From Bacteroidota bacterium (GTDB lineage Bacteria > Bacteroidota > Ignavibacteria > UBA10030): a stretch of 64,000 nt of DNA. Shown here in pieces: positions 1 to 9,532 of the stretch. A program made the translations under genes and the position numbers. Location: NCBI GenBank assembly GCA_050015675.1, contig JBEKAY010000001.1, positions 70,067 to 134,066 of the forward strand, read 5' to 3'. Under the pieces are notes generated by a model, which was given only the letters and a program-made list of their open reading frames with translations, was not told the DNA's origin and ran no database searches. How positions within the stretch are numbered: the first letter of the stretch is position 1; each line of letters begins with the position of its first letter.

Positions 1-1
1 T

Positions 2-196
2 CTTCTTCTTATCATTAATTTGATCGTGTCATTAAAACGAGGGAGCAAAGCACCGGCAAATCCCTGGGGCGGAAAAACGCTTGAATGGACGGTCTCGTCG
101 CCGCCGCCCACAGAAAATTTTCATGAGATTCCGGTTGTCACCACAGGACCATATGATTATTCAGAATATGAACGCACCGCATCGGAGGCGACTTGA
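2..196 (+). CDS. ctaD: cytochrome c oxidase subunit I, C-terminal end (gene begins upstream of window)
   Basis: Frame 2 is open from the window edge and translates to ...[49 protein letters not shown]. This matches the conserved C-terminal stretch of haem-copper oxidase subunit I. Stop TGA is at 194-196. It is not in the ORF track because no start codon lies in the window. Confidence 0.7.
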   Translation, partial: LLLIINLIVSLKRGSKAPANPWGGKTLEWTVSSPPPTENFHEIPVVTTGPYDYSEYERTASEAT

Positions 197-807
197 CAAC
201 AACAACAATGGAATATAGCCACCGAGATGATGTAGGTTCGAGGATGGGGTTGTGGCTGTTCCTCTTCAGCGAATTAATTCTCTTTGGAGGAATGTTTATT
301 ATCTATGCAGTCTATCGCTTCAAGTATCCCGAAGAATTTCGTCTTGCTTCGGAAGAGCTTGATCCATTTATTGGAACGGTAAACACGATCATCTTGTTGA
401 CAAGCAGTTTGACTGTAGCGATGTCGATCACCGCTATTCAGGAGGGAAAGAAAAATTTATCGATGTCATTAGTCGGGATGACGATTATCTTTGCTCTTGT
501 GTTCCTGGTAAACAAGTACTTTGAATGGAGCCATAAGATATCTCTCGGCATCTATCCTCAATCACCGGATTTGGTAAACAAACCGCCAGGAGAAATATTG
601 TATTTTGGATTATACTATGTGATGACCGGACTGCATGCTCTGCATGTCATAATCGGAATGGTGATTCTTGCAGTGATGATGACATATATTAAAAATGGAA
701 AAATCAGCAAGCATTCGTTTGTCAGGCTTGAAGCCGGAGGACTCTATTGGCATCTGGTGGATATCATCTGGATATTCTTGTTTCCTTTATTCTACTTGAT
801 TCAGTGA
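193..807 (+). CDS. ctaE: cytochrome c oxidase subunit III
   Basis: 204-aa polytopic ORF directly after subunit I. The C-terminal [20 protein letters not shown] is the characteristic CoxIII ending. TTG 193 overlaps the ctaD stop; ATG 208 is an alternative start. Confidence 0.8.
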   Translation: MTTTTMEYSHRDDVGSRMGLWLFLFSELILFGGMFIIYAVYRFKYPEEFRLASEELDPFIGTVNTIILLTSSLTVAMSITAIQEGKKNLSMSLVGMTIIFALVFLVNKYFEWSHKISLGIYPQSPDLVNKPPGEILYFGLYYVMTGLHALHVIIGMVILAVMMTYIKNGKISKHSFVRLEAGGLYWHLVDIIWIFLFPLFYLIQ

Positions 808-831
808 CGGTTTCTTCAATAGTGAAAAGAC

Positions 832-1161
832 ATGAGAAAATTGAGTAATAAAACGAATAAAGAAACAGCACAACCTGAGGATCATCAACAACACCAGATC
901 ATCGGTTATGGCAGGTATGTCCTTATCTGGCTGGGACTGCTCGCGTTAACGTGTACAACTGTGACGTTTGCAGGTATTAATCTGGGCCGTTGGATCATTA
1001 TCACGGCACTGACTATTGCTTCTATCAAATCGATGTTGGTTCTGAACATTTTTATGCATTTGAAATATGAAGACAGGATATTTAGAATATTTGTCGGTAT
1101 AGCGATAATAACATTTATCATCTTCATCTCGTTAACCTTTTTTGATTATGCTTTTCACTGA
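832..1161 (+). CDS. cytochrome c oxidase small subunit IV (prokaryotic COX4/CyoD-like)
   Basis: 109 aa with about 3 TM helices. SIKSMLVLNIFMHLKYED resembles the prokaryotic subunit IV family. It sits right after subunit III. Confidence 0.6.
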   Translation: MRKLSNKTNKETAQPEDHQQHQIIGYGRYVLIWLGLLALTCTTVTFAGINLGRWIIITALTIASIKSMLVLNIFMHLKYEDRIFRIFVGIAIITFIIFISLTFFDYAFH

Positions 1162-1175
1162 CGCGGATTATTAAA

Positions 1176-1835
1176 ATGTTTTCAGGATCATCACCATTTT
1201 CAGATTATGTTGACACCACGTTTTTAACAATCACGGGAATCTCTCTGCTCGTATTGCTAGGACTGCTGATTGCGATGGTATACTTCATCATACGTTATAG
1301 CCGCAAGAAAAATCCCCATCCTACAAACATCGAAGGACATGTTCCACTAGAAATCACTTGGACAGTTATTCCTCTTGTCCTTTTTATGGGAATGTTTTAC
1401 ATGGGATGGCAGGGGTACCTAACGGAACTAAGAGTACCGGACAATGCGATTCCAATCAAAGTAACCGCTCAAATGTGGAAGTGGACTTTTGAATATCCTA
1501 ATGGTGTACAAACCGATACATTATATGTTCCGATGAATATGCCGATCAAATGTACGCTCCACTCGATGGATGTAAACCACTCGTTTTATATTCCATCGTT
1601 TCGAATCAAAAAAGATGTCATTCCCAATCGAGAAAATGTTATGTGGTTTAAAACGGTACGAAAGGCTGCGTACGATATTGCCTGTGCGGAGTACTGTGGA
1701 CTTGATCATTCCTATATGTATACAAAGGTCATCTCACAGGATTCATCCGACTTTGACCATTGGTATCGGGAAATATCAGCACATCAAGCAAAGCCCTATC
1801 TGCCGTTTGTCAACGCTGTGAAGCAGCCGGATTAA
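1176..1835 (+). CDS. ctaC: cytochrome c oxidase subunit II (CuA subunit, no fused cytochrome c)
   Basis: 219 aa with two N-terminal TM helices followed by a cupredoxin domain. The CuA ligand set is complete: H in DVNHSFYIP and CAEYCGLDHSYM (C-x-E-x-C-G-x2-H-x2-M). Confidence 0.85.
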   Translation: MFSGSSPFSDYVDTTFLTITGISLLVLLGLLIAMVYFIIRYSRKKNPHPTNIEGHVPLEITWTVIPLVLFMGMFYMGWQGYLTELRVPDNAIPIKVTAQMWKWTFEYPNGVQTDTLYVPMNMPIKCTLHSMDVNHSFYIPSFRIKKDVIPNRENVMWFKTVRKAAYDIACAEYCGLDHSYMYTKVISQDSSDFDHWYREISAHQAKPYLPFVNAVKQPD

Positions 1836-1839
1836 CGCT

Positions 1840-3207
1840 ATGGAATTTCTCAAAGATATTGCAATTCCCCAATCATTGGAACATTTTCACTTGCTTGTGC
1901 TTATCTCGGCTCTTAGTTCTCTTGTGTTTATTCCTTATCTCGGTTTTGTGGTAGGGTCGTCAATCCTGTCTTTGTGGTATAACCATCGTGGGCGCAAGGA
2001 TACTAATGTTGTTTTTCTCCAATTCGCACATGAACTTATTGATCGTGCGTTGTTCAATAAGAGTCTCGTTTTATTTCTGGCAGTTCTTCCGGGATTGACG
2101 TTGGTATTTGTTTACGCACAATTCCTGCAAGGGACACAATCCATGGGAGCGGGTCTCGCCGGCTTTGGTTTCTTATTCCTTCTCATAGGGATGGTACTTC
2201 TCTACTCTTACAAGTACACTTTCCGCGTGCAGGAAATTCTTGGATCGTATCAGCAAATGCTGAAGAACTATCCAAACGATCAATCTAAAAAAGCTGTAGC
2301 AGCCTATCAGGAATCGAACACACACGCACATTTTCGTTCGGGGAGATACGGAATATTTTTTCTCTGTACAGCATTCGTACTTTATGCTGCAGCTTTCAGT
2401 GTCGCGGCAAATCCACTCAATTGGGATTCGGATTCCGTCTTTGATCTTATTATTTCTCTGAATGTGTGGCTGAAGATTGTCGAGTTATTATTTCTGAGCA
2501 TAGGAACAACGGGTATCGGAATACTTTTTTTCTCGTTTGCCTGGGAGCATCGGAGAGAATATATAGAAGACTATTCATTGTTAGTAAAAAGGCTCGGTAT
2601 CAGGTTCAGTATTGTTGGACTGTTAGGATTACCGGTTTCTGTTTTATTGAATGTCGCAGTGATTTCCGATGAAGCGCTCTCGGGGTCGATTTATTCGCTT
2701 GTAAGTGTGGCAATTGTCTTCTTTTTTCTCTCTGCGCATTTCATGTATGGATATTATAAATCGCCACAATCCATTGCACTTACGATAGGATTCATAATGT
2801 TCTTGTTTGCTTTGGGAATGTTAGTCATCAGCGACAACCTTTCTCTTAGTACAGCAACACATAATCAGGTAGCGCTTCTTGCAAATTCTTACGACAAATC
2901 TCTAGAAGAATTAAAAGCCACGCTCGGAGTAGTGACAGTATCATTCACAGGAGAAGAGATCTATAATACCAGATGCGAATCATGTCATCTCTTCAACAAG
3001 AAAAAAGTAGGCCCGCCTTATTATGAAACGATAGCAAAATATCAAGGAAAGAAAGCAGAGTTGGTTTCGTTCATTCTCCATCCCACAAAAAAGAACCCGG
3101 ATTATCCACCGATGCAAAATCCTGGATTACGAGCAACTGAAGCAGATTCCGTTGCAACCTATATTTTGCGAAGAGTTGCATTGTCTATGACAAGTGGAAG
3201 GAAGTAA
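1840..3207 (+). CDS. polytopic membrane protein with C-terminal mono-haem cytochrome c domain
   Basis: 455 aa with roughly ten hydrophobic segments. The C-terminal soluble domain has a single CxxCH site (CESCH) followed by VGPPYYETIAKY, which is class I cytochrome c-like. It starts 4 nt after ctaC. Confidence 0.6.
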   Translation: MEFLKDIAIPQSLEHFHLLVLISALSSLVFIPYLGFVVGSSILSLWYNHRGRKDTNVVFLQFAHELIDRALFNKSLVLFLAVLPGLTLVFVYAQFLQGTQSMGAGLAGFGFLFLLIGMVLLYSYKYTFRVQEILGSYQQMLKNYPNDQSKKAVAAYQESNTHAHFRSGRYGIFFLCTAFVLYAAAFSVAANPLNWDSDSVFDLIISLNVWLKIVELLFLSIGTTGIGILFFSFAWEHRREYIEDYSLLVKRLGIRFSIVGLLGLPVSVLLNVAVISDEALSGSIYSLVSVAIVFFFLSAHFMYGYYKSPQSIALTIGFIMFLFALGMLVISDNLSLSTATHNQVALLANSYDKSLEELKATLGVVTVSFTGEEIYNTRCESCHLFNKKKVGPPYYETIAKYQGKKAELVSFILHPTKKNPDYPPMQNPGLRATEADSVATYILRRVALSMTSGRK

Positions 3208-3208
3208 T

Positions 3209-4090
3209 ATGAAGATTTTGAATTCACTAGCTCTTCGTCATACGAATAGTATATCTGATTATGTAATGCTGATGAAACCAGAGTTGACGCTGCTTTCTGT
3301 ATCAACGGCAGTTGGCGGTGCGTACATAGCGCTTTATGGCTCGATGCATTATTCTCTTCTCGTTCACACGCTTATCGGGACACTGCTTGTTGGCGGTGCT
3401 GCCGGAGTATTGAATCAATATATTGAACGCCGATATGACGCGATGATGAAACGAACAGAACACCGTCCACTTCCCGCTGGGCGAGTTCAACCTGCAGAAG
3501 CGCTGCTCTTTGGAATCATACTCAGCATCGCCGGATTATCGTATCTTGTAATATTCACCAATTTGGTTGCCGTTTTTCTTTCGGCATTTACACTTGTTAG
3601 TTATCTGGCAATTTATACTCCACTAAAAAGAAAGACGCCATTTGCGACAGTGATTGGAGGAATTCCCGGGGCATTACCGCCGCTCATCGGTTGGGCAGTT
3701 GTGCGCGGTAGTGTTTCGATGGAAGCGTGGTCGCTCTTCTTTATTCTCTTCTTTTGGCAGATGCCGCATTTTTTATCGCTTGCATGGATGTATCGTAAAG
3801 ATTATGCTCGCGCCGGATACAAGTTACTGGTTGTGCTAGATCAAACGGGAGATATCACAAGCCGACAGATTCTAGTGTATTGCTGTGCACTTATTCCGGC
3901 TTCATTGATGCCGACGTTAATAGGCTTTACCGGGTACGTCTATTTTGCGGGAGCGCTGATATTGTCTATATCTTTTCTCATAACAGGGATTATATTCCTT
4001 CGTGAACATTCATCTATTACGACACGCAGGATATTTTATTTTTCTCTTCTATTTCTTCCACTCCTGTTCATATTATTGATGCTTGCATAA
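3209..4090 (+). CDS. ctaB: protoheme IX farnesyltransferase (heme O synthase)
   Basis: Polytopic UbiA-fold pattern with WQMPHFLSLAWMYRKDYARAGYKLL, typical of CtaB/CyoE. ATG 3209 is preceded by GGAAGGAAG. The track start GTG 3194 would overlap the upstream gene. Confidence 0.85.
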   Translation: MKILNSLALRHTNSISDYVMLMKPELTLLSVSTAVGGAYIALYGSMHYSLLVHTLIGTLLVGGAAGVLNQYIERRYDAMMKRTEHRPLPAGRVQPAEALLFGIILSIAGLSYLVIFTNLVAVFLSAFTLVSYLAIYTPLKRKTPFATVIGGIPGALPPLIGWAVVRGSVSMEAWSLFFILFFWQMPHFLSLAWMYRKDYARAGYKLLVVLDQTGDITSRQILVYCCALIPASLMPTLIGFTGYVYFAGALILSISFLITGIIFLREHSSITTRRIFYFSLLFLPLLFILLMLA

Positions 4091-4173
4091 CAGAAGAAGA
4101 ATTTGTTTATATTAACCACAAACATCAGACGTAAATTACTGTAAATGTTTTTACTATTTAGGAAAGTACCACG

Positions 4174-4584
4174 ATGAGCACAAATTCTACATCAGAAGAA
4201 AAATCTGGGCTATCCTCCAAGATGGCACTGTGTGTTGCAGCATTTACAATGGTGGGAATCGATGGAGAATTTAAGGAAGAAGAATTACAAAAGCTTCGCA
4301 GTTTGATTCACACGGATGAGTCGGCATTTGTAAAAGCAATCAGTTTCTACAATGAACGGCCTCTTGATGTTTGTATCAAAGTAGTTTCTGCAAAGTTGAA
4401 CGATGAACAAAAACGGATAACATATCATATTCTCTACGACCTTGCACAGGTCGATAGGGATTTTGCAATATCCGAACAAGATCTTCTCGTACAATATGCT
4501 GCAGAATTTAGGTTAGACAAGGAATTTGTTTCATCGGTAAAAGATATGCCAAGTCGTAAATATAATTTTGCGGCGTTTGAATAA
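4174..4584 (+). CDS. hypothetical soluble protein (weak TerB-like helical resemblance)
   Basis: 136-aa ORF with a coding-like composition. DGEFKEEELQKLRSLI... is only vaguely TerB-like, so no function is supported. Confidence 0.45.
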   Translation: MSTNSTSEEKSGLSSKMALCVAAFTMVGIDGEFKEEELQKLRSLIHTDESAFVKAISFYNERPLDVCIKVVSAKLNDEQKRITYHILYDLAQVDRDFAISEQDLLVQYAAEFRLDKEFVSSVKDMPSRKYNFAAFE

Positions 4585-4619
4585 TTTGTACACCGTAAGC
4601 GGCGTTGAGGCATACAGTG

Positions 4620-5546
4620 ATGAAACATGCCTTGCTCAAATGGTTTCTAGGAACACTTCTTTTCCTTTCTTTATTTGTATGCCTCCTCATCCTATTCTTT
4701 TCATTTAAAGATTACTCACGTTATTTCCGATCAATACGCGGCACACAGACGAGTATTTCCATTCAACAGTATGCCTGTGATGCGCGTACTCAAAAATCGT
4801 GGCTGACCATAAACGCTGACAACGGATTTAGTGTACAAGCTGGATTGCTCGCCCCACGCGATTCGAGCAAACGATATCCTGCTATTATTCTTCTCGGCGG
4901 TAAGGCTACAGGCAAATACGCTGTCAATTACGCGCTCGACATCGACAATGTTGTTATCCTTGCGCTTGATTATCCATACGAACCACGCGAGTTATATACA
5001 TTCTGGACAATTCTATGGGATGTGCCGCGTGTAAGGAAGGCGCTTCTTGATATGGTGCCGTCTGCAATACTCGCGGCAGATTATCTTTTCAACCGCCATG
5101 ATGTGGACACAACAAGGTTGATAATTCTCGGTTACAGCTTTGGTGCACCCTTCGTTCCTGTCATTGTAACTCACGACAGGCGAGCGGCAGCGGCAATCAT
5201 GGTGTACGGCGGCGGGGAATTGACTTCGATGATTCGCCACAACGTGGCACGATATGAATCAGCGTGGCTGGGTGAATTTGTTGGAAGACTCGGTGGAGCG
5301 CTCCTTCATCCTCTGGAGCCAATGAGATATGCTGACACAATTTCTCCAACGCCACTCGTCATGATCAATGGTGAAAATGATGAGCAGATTCCGCGTTACA
5401 ATACCGAATTATTCTTTAACACTGCCAGAGAACCAAAGAAACTCATCTGGTTGAAATCCCAACACGTATGTCCTGAGAATGAGGATTTAACACGGCGTAT
5501 TATTGCTACGTTGAAAGAAGAATTAAAGAGATTGAAAATTCTCTGA
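4620..5546 (+). CDS. alpha/beta hydrolase (dienelactone-hydrolase-like), membrane-anchored or secreted
   Basis: Hydrophobic N-terminus and nucleophile elbow GYSFG (G-x-S-x-G). ATG 4620 was chosen over TTG 4605. Confidence 0.6.
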   Translation: MKHALLKWFLGTLLFLSLFVCLLILFFSFKDYSRYFRSIRGTQTSISIQQYACDARTQKSWLTINADNGFSVQAGLLAPRDSSKRYPAIILLGGKATGKYAVNYALDIDNVVILALDYPYEPRELYTFWTILWDVPRVRKALLDMVPSAILAADYLFNRHDVDTTRLIILGYSFGAPFVPVIVTHDRRAAAAIMVYGGGELTSMIRHNVARYESAWLGEFVGRLGGALLHPLEPMRYADTISPTPLVMINGENDEQIPRYNTELFFNTAREPKKLIWLKSQHVCPENEDLTRRIIATLKEELKRLKIL

Positions 5547-5611
5547 ATAACATCGGGCGAAGATAAACACCGCCCACTTCTGCCTAAGGATTTCTGTCTT
5601 TCGTGTTTGCT

Positions 5612-6628
5612 TTAGTAACTCTCTTCGGTAATCTCAACCTTCCCGCGAAAAACATAATGTATGAAAATTGAATATGCCATCACTATTGGAACGCCTATGA
5701 TAGCAATGACAAGCATTGTTTGTAATGTCAATGGACTGGAGGAGGAATTATAGATCGTAAGACTATACTGAAGATCGATGGACGACGGCACAAGTCGTGG
5801 ATAGAGACTGAGCGCCATTTGACACAACATCGCTGCAATGATTAATGACGAAACGAGGAATGCACGATTGAATTTCCCAGCTTTTAAAAGAATCGGCAGG
5901 TACACGATGGCACCTATTAGGGCAATTATAAAAATATAGAAGAATGGACTAGTCGTTGATTTCTCAAACAAGAATGGCGATGCAACCCATGTCCATACCG
6001 TTATAATGGCATAGAGTATGACATAGTCCATCCAAAGATGCGTCGCCCATCTTTGACAGCGATCGCGCAGGTCACCATCGGATTTTGCGGCAAGATAAAT
6101 TGAGCCATGCATCGTAAAAAGCACTACACTCAATACACCGACGCCGATGGAATATGGATTAAGCAAACTTAGGAACGTGCCCAGATAATTTCCGTTCGCA
6201 TCAATCAGTACGCCGCTAAGAATATTCCCTATCGCAACTCCAAAGAGAACGGCTGGGAGAAGACTTCCGAGTCCGAATGCCCAATCCCATGCACGTCGCC
6301 AAGTTGGTGAATCAACCTTATTTCGGAACTCGAAAGACACTGCGCGGAATATAAGTGCAGCTAACAGCAACATCAGCGCAATGTAAAAGCCGCTGAACAC
6401 TGTTGCATAGACAGCCGGGAACGCTGCGAACAACGCGCCGCCTCCGGTGATGAGCCAGACTTCATTTCCATCCCATACAGGACCGATGGCATTGAAGTGA
6501 ATGCGCCGTTCTTTTTCATCATGCGCGAAGAGCGACAAAATGCCGACGCCAAAATCAAATCCATCCAAAATCGCATAACCGATAATAAGCATACCGATAA
6601 GCCAAAACCAGATCGTGTTCAAATCCAT
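5612..6628 (-). CDS. cydB: cytochrome bd ubiquinol oxidase subunit II
   Basis: 338 aa. The N-terminus MDLNTIWFWLIGMLIIGYAILDGFDFGVG is the hallmark CydB start. It lies immediately downstream of cydA. Confidence 0.85.
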   Translation of the reverse strand: MDLNTIWFWLIGMLIIGYAILDGFDFGVGILSLFAHDEKERRIHFNAIGPVWDGNEVWLITGGGALFAAFPAVYATVFSGFYIALMLLLAALIFRAVSFEFRNKVDSPTWRRAWDWAFGLGSLLPAVLFGVAIGNILSGVLIDANGNYLGTFLSLLNPYSIGVGVLSVVLFTMHGSIYLAAKSDGDLRDRCQRWATHLWMDYVILYAIITVWTWVASPFLFEKSTTSPFFYIFIIALIGAIVYLPILLKAGKFNRAFLVSSLIIAAMLCQMALSLYPRLVPSSIDLQYSLTIYNSSSSPLTLQTMLVIAIIGVPIVMAYSIFIHYVFRGKVEITEESY

Positions 6629-6640
6629 AATTATGAACTC

Positions 6641-7960
6641 CTATGCGTGTGTAGGCCGCGGTCCATGGTTTACTTCTCGTATCAGAATATAGACATACAA
6701 AATACCAAGCAATACATAAATGAGGCCGAAGAGAATGATTGAGAATCCAATTTCACTTGCAGTGACTGTCGCTGAATGCGCGTCCGATGTTCTTAAGAGA
6801 TAATAGACAATCCACGGTTGACGGCCGACTTCAGCGGCAATCCAACCAAGCTGGCACGCAGCAAGCGGCATGGGAATAGACCATACAAAAAGTCGGAGCA
6901 ACCACTTCGTTTCAAATAATTTTCTTCTGCGAAGTTGTATGAATGCATAGAGTGTCACGGCGATAAAGTACAATCCCAGCACGATCATATTGTGAAATGA
7001 AACGAAGGTCAACCAGAGCGGCGGAATATTTTCCGGCGGGAATTCATTAATGCCTTTAATCTGTGCATTGACATCGCCAAATGCCATCCAGCTAAGAAGT
7101 CCCGATAATTCCATTTTTGCTTTTAACTGTGGCGGTTTTGTAAATGGAATTGCAAAGAAAACAAGCGGCGCTCCAGATTGTGTTGTATAGAGTCCTTCAA
7201 TAGCGGCGAATTTCTCAGGCTGTGTGCGTGCAACTTGTCTTGCGTGTTCATGACCAAACGGCATCAGTTCGAGCAGAGAAGTAATTAATCCGAATATGAC
7301 GGCAATCTTCATTGCACGCTGTGCAAGTTCAGTTTCTTTTCCTTTGAGAATGAGATACGCTGCAATACCTGCCACAAAAAAGGCTCCGGTAATCAACGCA
7401 GCATCCACTGTATGGAGATAACGAATCACAGTTGATGGATTAAAGACAGCATCGTAAAAGTTGGTGAGTTCAGCTCTTCCGTTTCTGAGAATGTACCCTG
7501 CCGGAGTTTGCTGCCATGAATTTGCCACAATAATCCAAAATGCCGAGATCGTTGCACCAACTGCTACCATCAGAATTGAGAACCAGTGGATGCCCTGAGA
7601 GACTTTGTTGCGTCCAAAAAGATAAAGGCCGAGGAACCCTGATTCAAGGAAAAATGCGAAGATACCTTCGGCGGCAAGCGGTGCACCAAAAATATCTCCA
7701 ACAAATTTTGAATACACAGCCCAATTTGTTCCGAATTGAAACTCCATAACAATACCGGTTGCCACGCCGACGGCAAATGTTAATGCGAGTAATTTCCCAA
7801 AGAACTTGCCCATGCGTACATATACTTCATCATTCTTTCGCCAGCCAAGTCCTTCCATAATCACCAGCAGCCATGCGAGACCGATAGAGATCGGCGGAAA
7901 GAGAAAATGAAATCCGATAGTCAACGCGAATTGCAAACGCGCAAGTAAAAGCGCATCCAT
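6641..7960 (-). CDS. cydA: cytochrome bd ubiquinol oxidase subunit I
   Basis: Conserved start MDALLLARLQFALTIGFHFLFPPISIG. The track ORF runs 40 codons further (to 8080), but the family-typical start is ATG 7960. Confidence 0.9.
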   Translation of the reverse strand: MDALLLARLQFALTIGFHFLFPPISIGLAWLLVIMEGLGWRKNDEVYVRMGKFFGKLLALTFAVGVATGIVMEFQFGTNWAVYSKFVGDIFGAPLAAEGIFAFFLESGFLGLYLFGRNKVSQGIHWFSILMVAVGATISAFWIIVANSWQQTPAGYILRNGRAELTNFYDAVFNPSTVIRYLHTVDAALITGAFFVAGIAAYLILKGKETELAQRAMKIAVIFGLITSLLELMPFGHEHARQVARTQPEKFAAIEGLYTTQSGAPLVFFAIPFTKPPQLKAKMELSGLLSWMAFGDVNAQIKGINEFPPENIPPLWLTFVSFHNMIVLGLYFIAVTLYAFIQLRRRKLFETKWLLRLFVWSIPMPLAACQLGWIAAEVGRQPWIVYYLLRTSDAHSATVTASEIGFSIILFGLIYVLLGILYVYILIREVNHGPRPTHA

Positions 7961-8080
7961 AAAAAGGTCTCCAAAATTATTAAGGGAACCAGCGACAACA
8001 TTGAGACACAGCAATATCACCGATGGGTTCCAAATCAGAAATATACAACGTAATAAGAAACCGGATAAATGAGAACTCAA

Positions 8081-8452
8081 TTAATTCGAATCGATATCCC
8101 TGTGTACAATGTCGGGCGAGAAAGCCGGAAGGCAAACCGCGATATATTCTGCGCCACCCGGTTCTGGAGAACTATACTGAACCCATTCTCCCTTCATAAC
8201 AACGATCGCTTGGCCGGCCGCCACATTAATTGTTCCGGTCTTTGTCACGACGCGTAATGTGCCGTGAATGATTATTGTGTACTCATCAAATTCAGGTGTT
8301 TGACCTGGCTCTCTCCATCCGCCAGGACTTTTCATCCGCGCAATGCTTACACCACCTATACCGGTATTAACCCTGCCGATGAATTCTTCAATGATCTTTG
8401 ATTTGTTTCCGGCCGCTTTGACGATTGAGGGTGATGGGATGAGTGTTGGCAT
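8081..8452 (-). CDS. cupin domain protein
   Basis: 123 aa with a small beta-barrel pattern (EYTIIIHGTLRV ... AGQAIVVMKGEWVQY). Confidence 0.55.
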   Translation of the reverse strand: MPTLIPSPSIVKAAGNKSKIIEEFIGRVNTGIGGVSIARMKSPGGWREPGQTPEFDEYTIIIHGTLRVVTKTGTINVAAGQAIVVMKGEWVQYSSPEPGGAEYIAVCLPAFSPDIVHRDIDSN

Positions 8453-8482
8453 AGAACAATCTTTCTACAAAGAAAAAAAATG

Positions 8483-9484
8483 TTACTTCGATAACTTTGC
8501 TCGCAGAATTTCAAGTTGCTCCGGATTGCCAATGACGATAAGCGTATCACCTGTGTTGATGATGGTGCTTGGCGGGGGATTGAAAATGAAATCCCGTTCA
8601 TCTATTCCGCGACGCATAGAAACGAGCACGACGTCAGAGGATTCAAGGATATCACAGCTTTCTATTGACTTACCACAATAATTTGTTGTTGCACCGATTT
8701 TCACTTCATCGACACGCAATGCAGAACTATCGCGCATCATAGAATCTAAAAATGTTGTAGTATCCGGACGTATCAATTCAGACGCCATCCGCAAGCCGCC
8801 AATGTAAGGAGCAGACACAGCCGAATTAGCGCCGCTACGGAAAAATTTCTCTCGCACTTCGATATCATCTACTTTCGCCACGATGCGAAGCTTGGGATTC
8901 AATCCACGCGCTGTAATAACAACGAATAAATTGTCTTTATCTTCCGGTAATGTACTTACGAGGCCAATAGCGCGATCGATACCCGCCGATCGAAGGATAT
9001 TGTCGTTAGAAGCATCGCCTTCCACAGTTGGAATGCCGCGATCGATAAGGATCTGCACTTTTTTGGGATCCTTCTCAACAGCGACGACTTTCCGTCTCGT
9101 TCTGATAAGTTCTTCCAAAACATAGTGTCCGTTTTTTCCAGCACCGCAAAGAATATAATGATGTGCAATTTTTTTAATGGTGCGTTCCATTTTACGTCTC
9201 CTAAGAATTCCGCCGATGCCTCCTTGCACGATGAATTGTGTTAACTCCGAGATGCCGTAGAGGATGATGCCCATGCCGCCTAAAATTAGAAAAATAGTAA
9301 AGACACGCCCGGCTGTCGACAACGGATGCGTCTCGCCGTACCCAACGGTCGCAAGCGTGATGACAGACATATAGAGTGAATCAAAGAGCGACCAGCCCTC
9401 AATGAAATGATAGCCCAACGTTCCTGCAACAAGGATGAGCAGGAGCAAATAAATTATTTGAAGCGCGTTGCGTGCGGCATTCAT
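8483..9484 (-). CDS. potassium channel protein with RCK (TrkA-N/TrkA-C) domains
   Basis: Two TM helices flank a pore loop with selectivity filter TVGYGE. These are followed by a Rossmann segment (ILCGAGKNG) and a TrkA-C-like tail. Confidence 0.8.
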   Translation of the reverse strand: MNAARNALQIIYLLLLILVAGTLGYHFIEGWSLFDSLYMSVITLATVGYGETHPLSTAGRVFTIFLILGGMGIILYGISELTQFIVQGGIGGILRRRKMERTIKKIAHHYILCGAGKNGHYVLEELIRTRRKVVAVEKDPKKVQILIDRGIPTVEGDASNDNILRSAGIDRAIGLVSTLPEDKDNLFVVITARGLNPKLRIVAKVDDIEVREKFFRSGANSAVSAPYIGGLRMASELIRPDTTTFLDSMMRDSSALRVDEVKIGATTNYCGKSIESCDILESSDVVLVSMRRGIDERDFIFNPPPSTIINTGDTLIVIGNPEQLEILRAKLSK

Positions 9485-9532
9485 ATAGTATTAGGATTTA
9501 TTCCTTTATGCTCTCTTGTAAGAAAGAGACAG

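Noticed and set aside
6641-8080. The extended 479-aa version of cydA, and similar long N-terminal extensions of the epimerase, SDR, GNAT, HExxH and T9SS genes
   Set aside because: Family-typical N-termini begin at internal Met codons (for example, MDALLLARLQFA for CydA). The upstream extensions are unconserved-looking and overlap neighbouring genes or intergenic signals.
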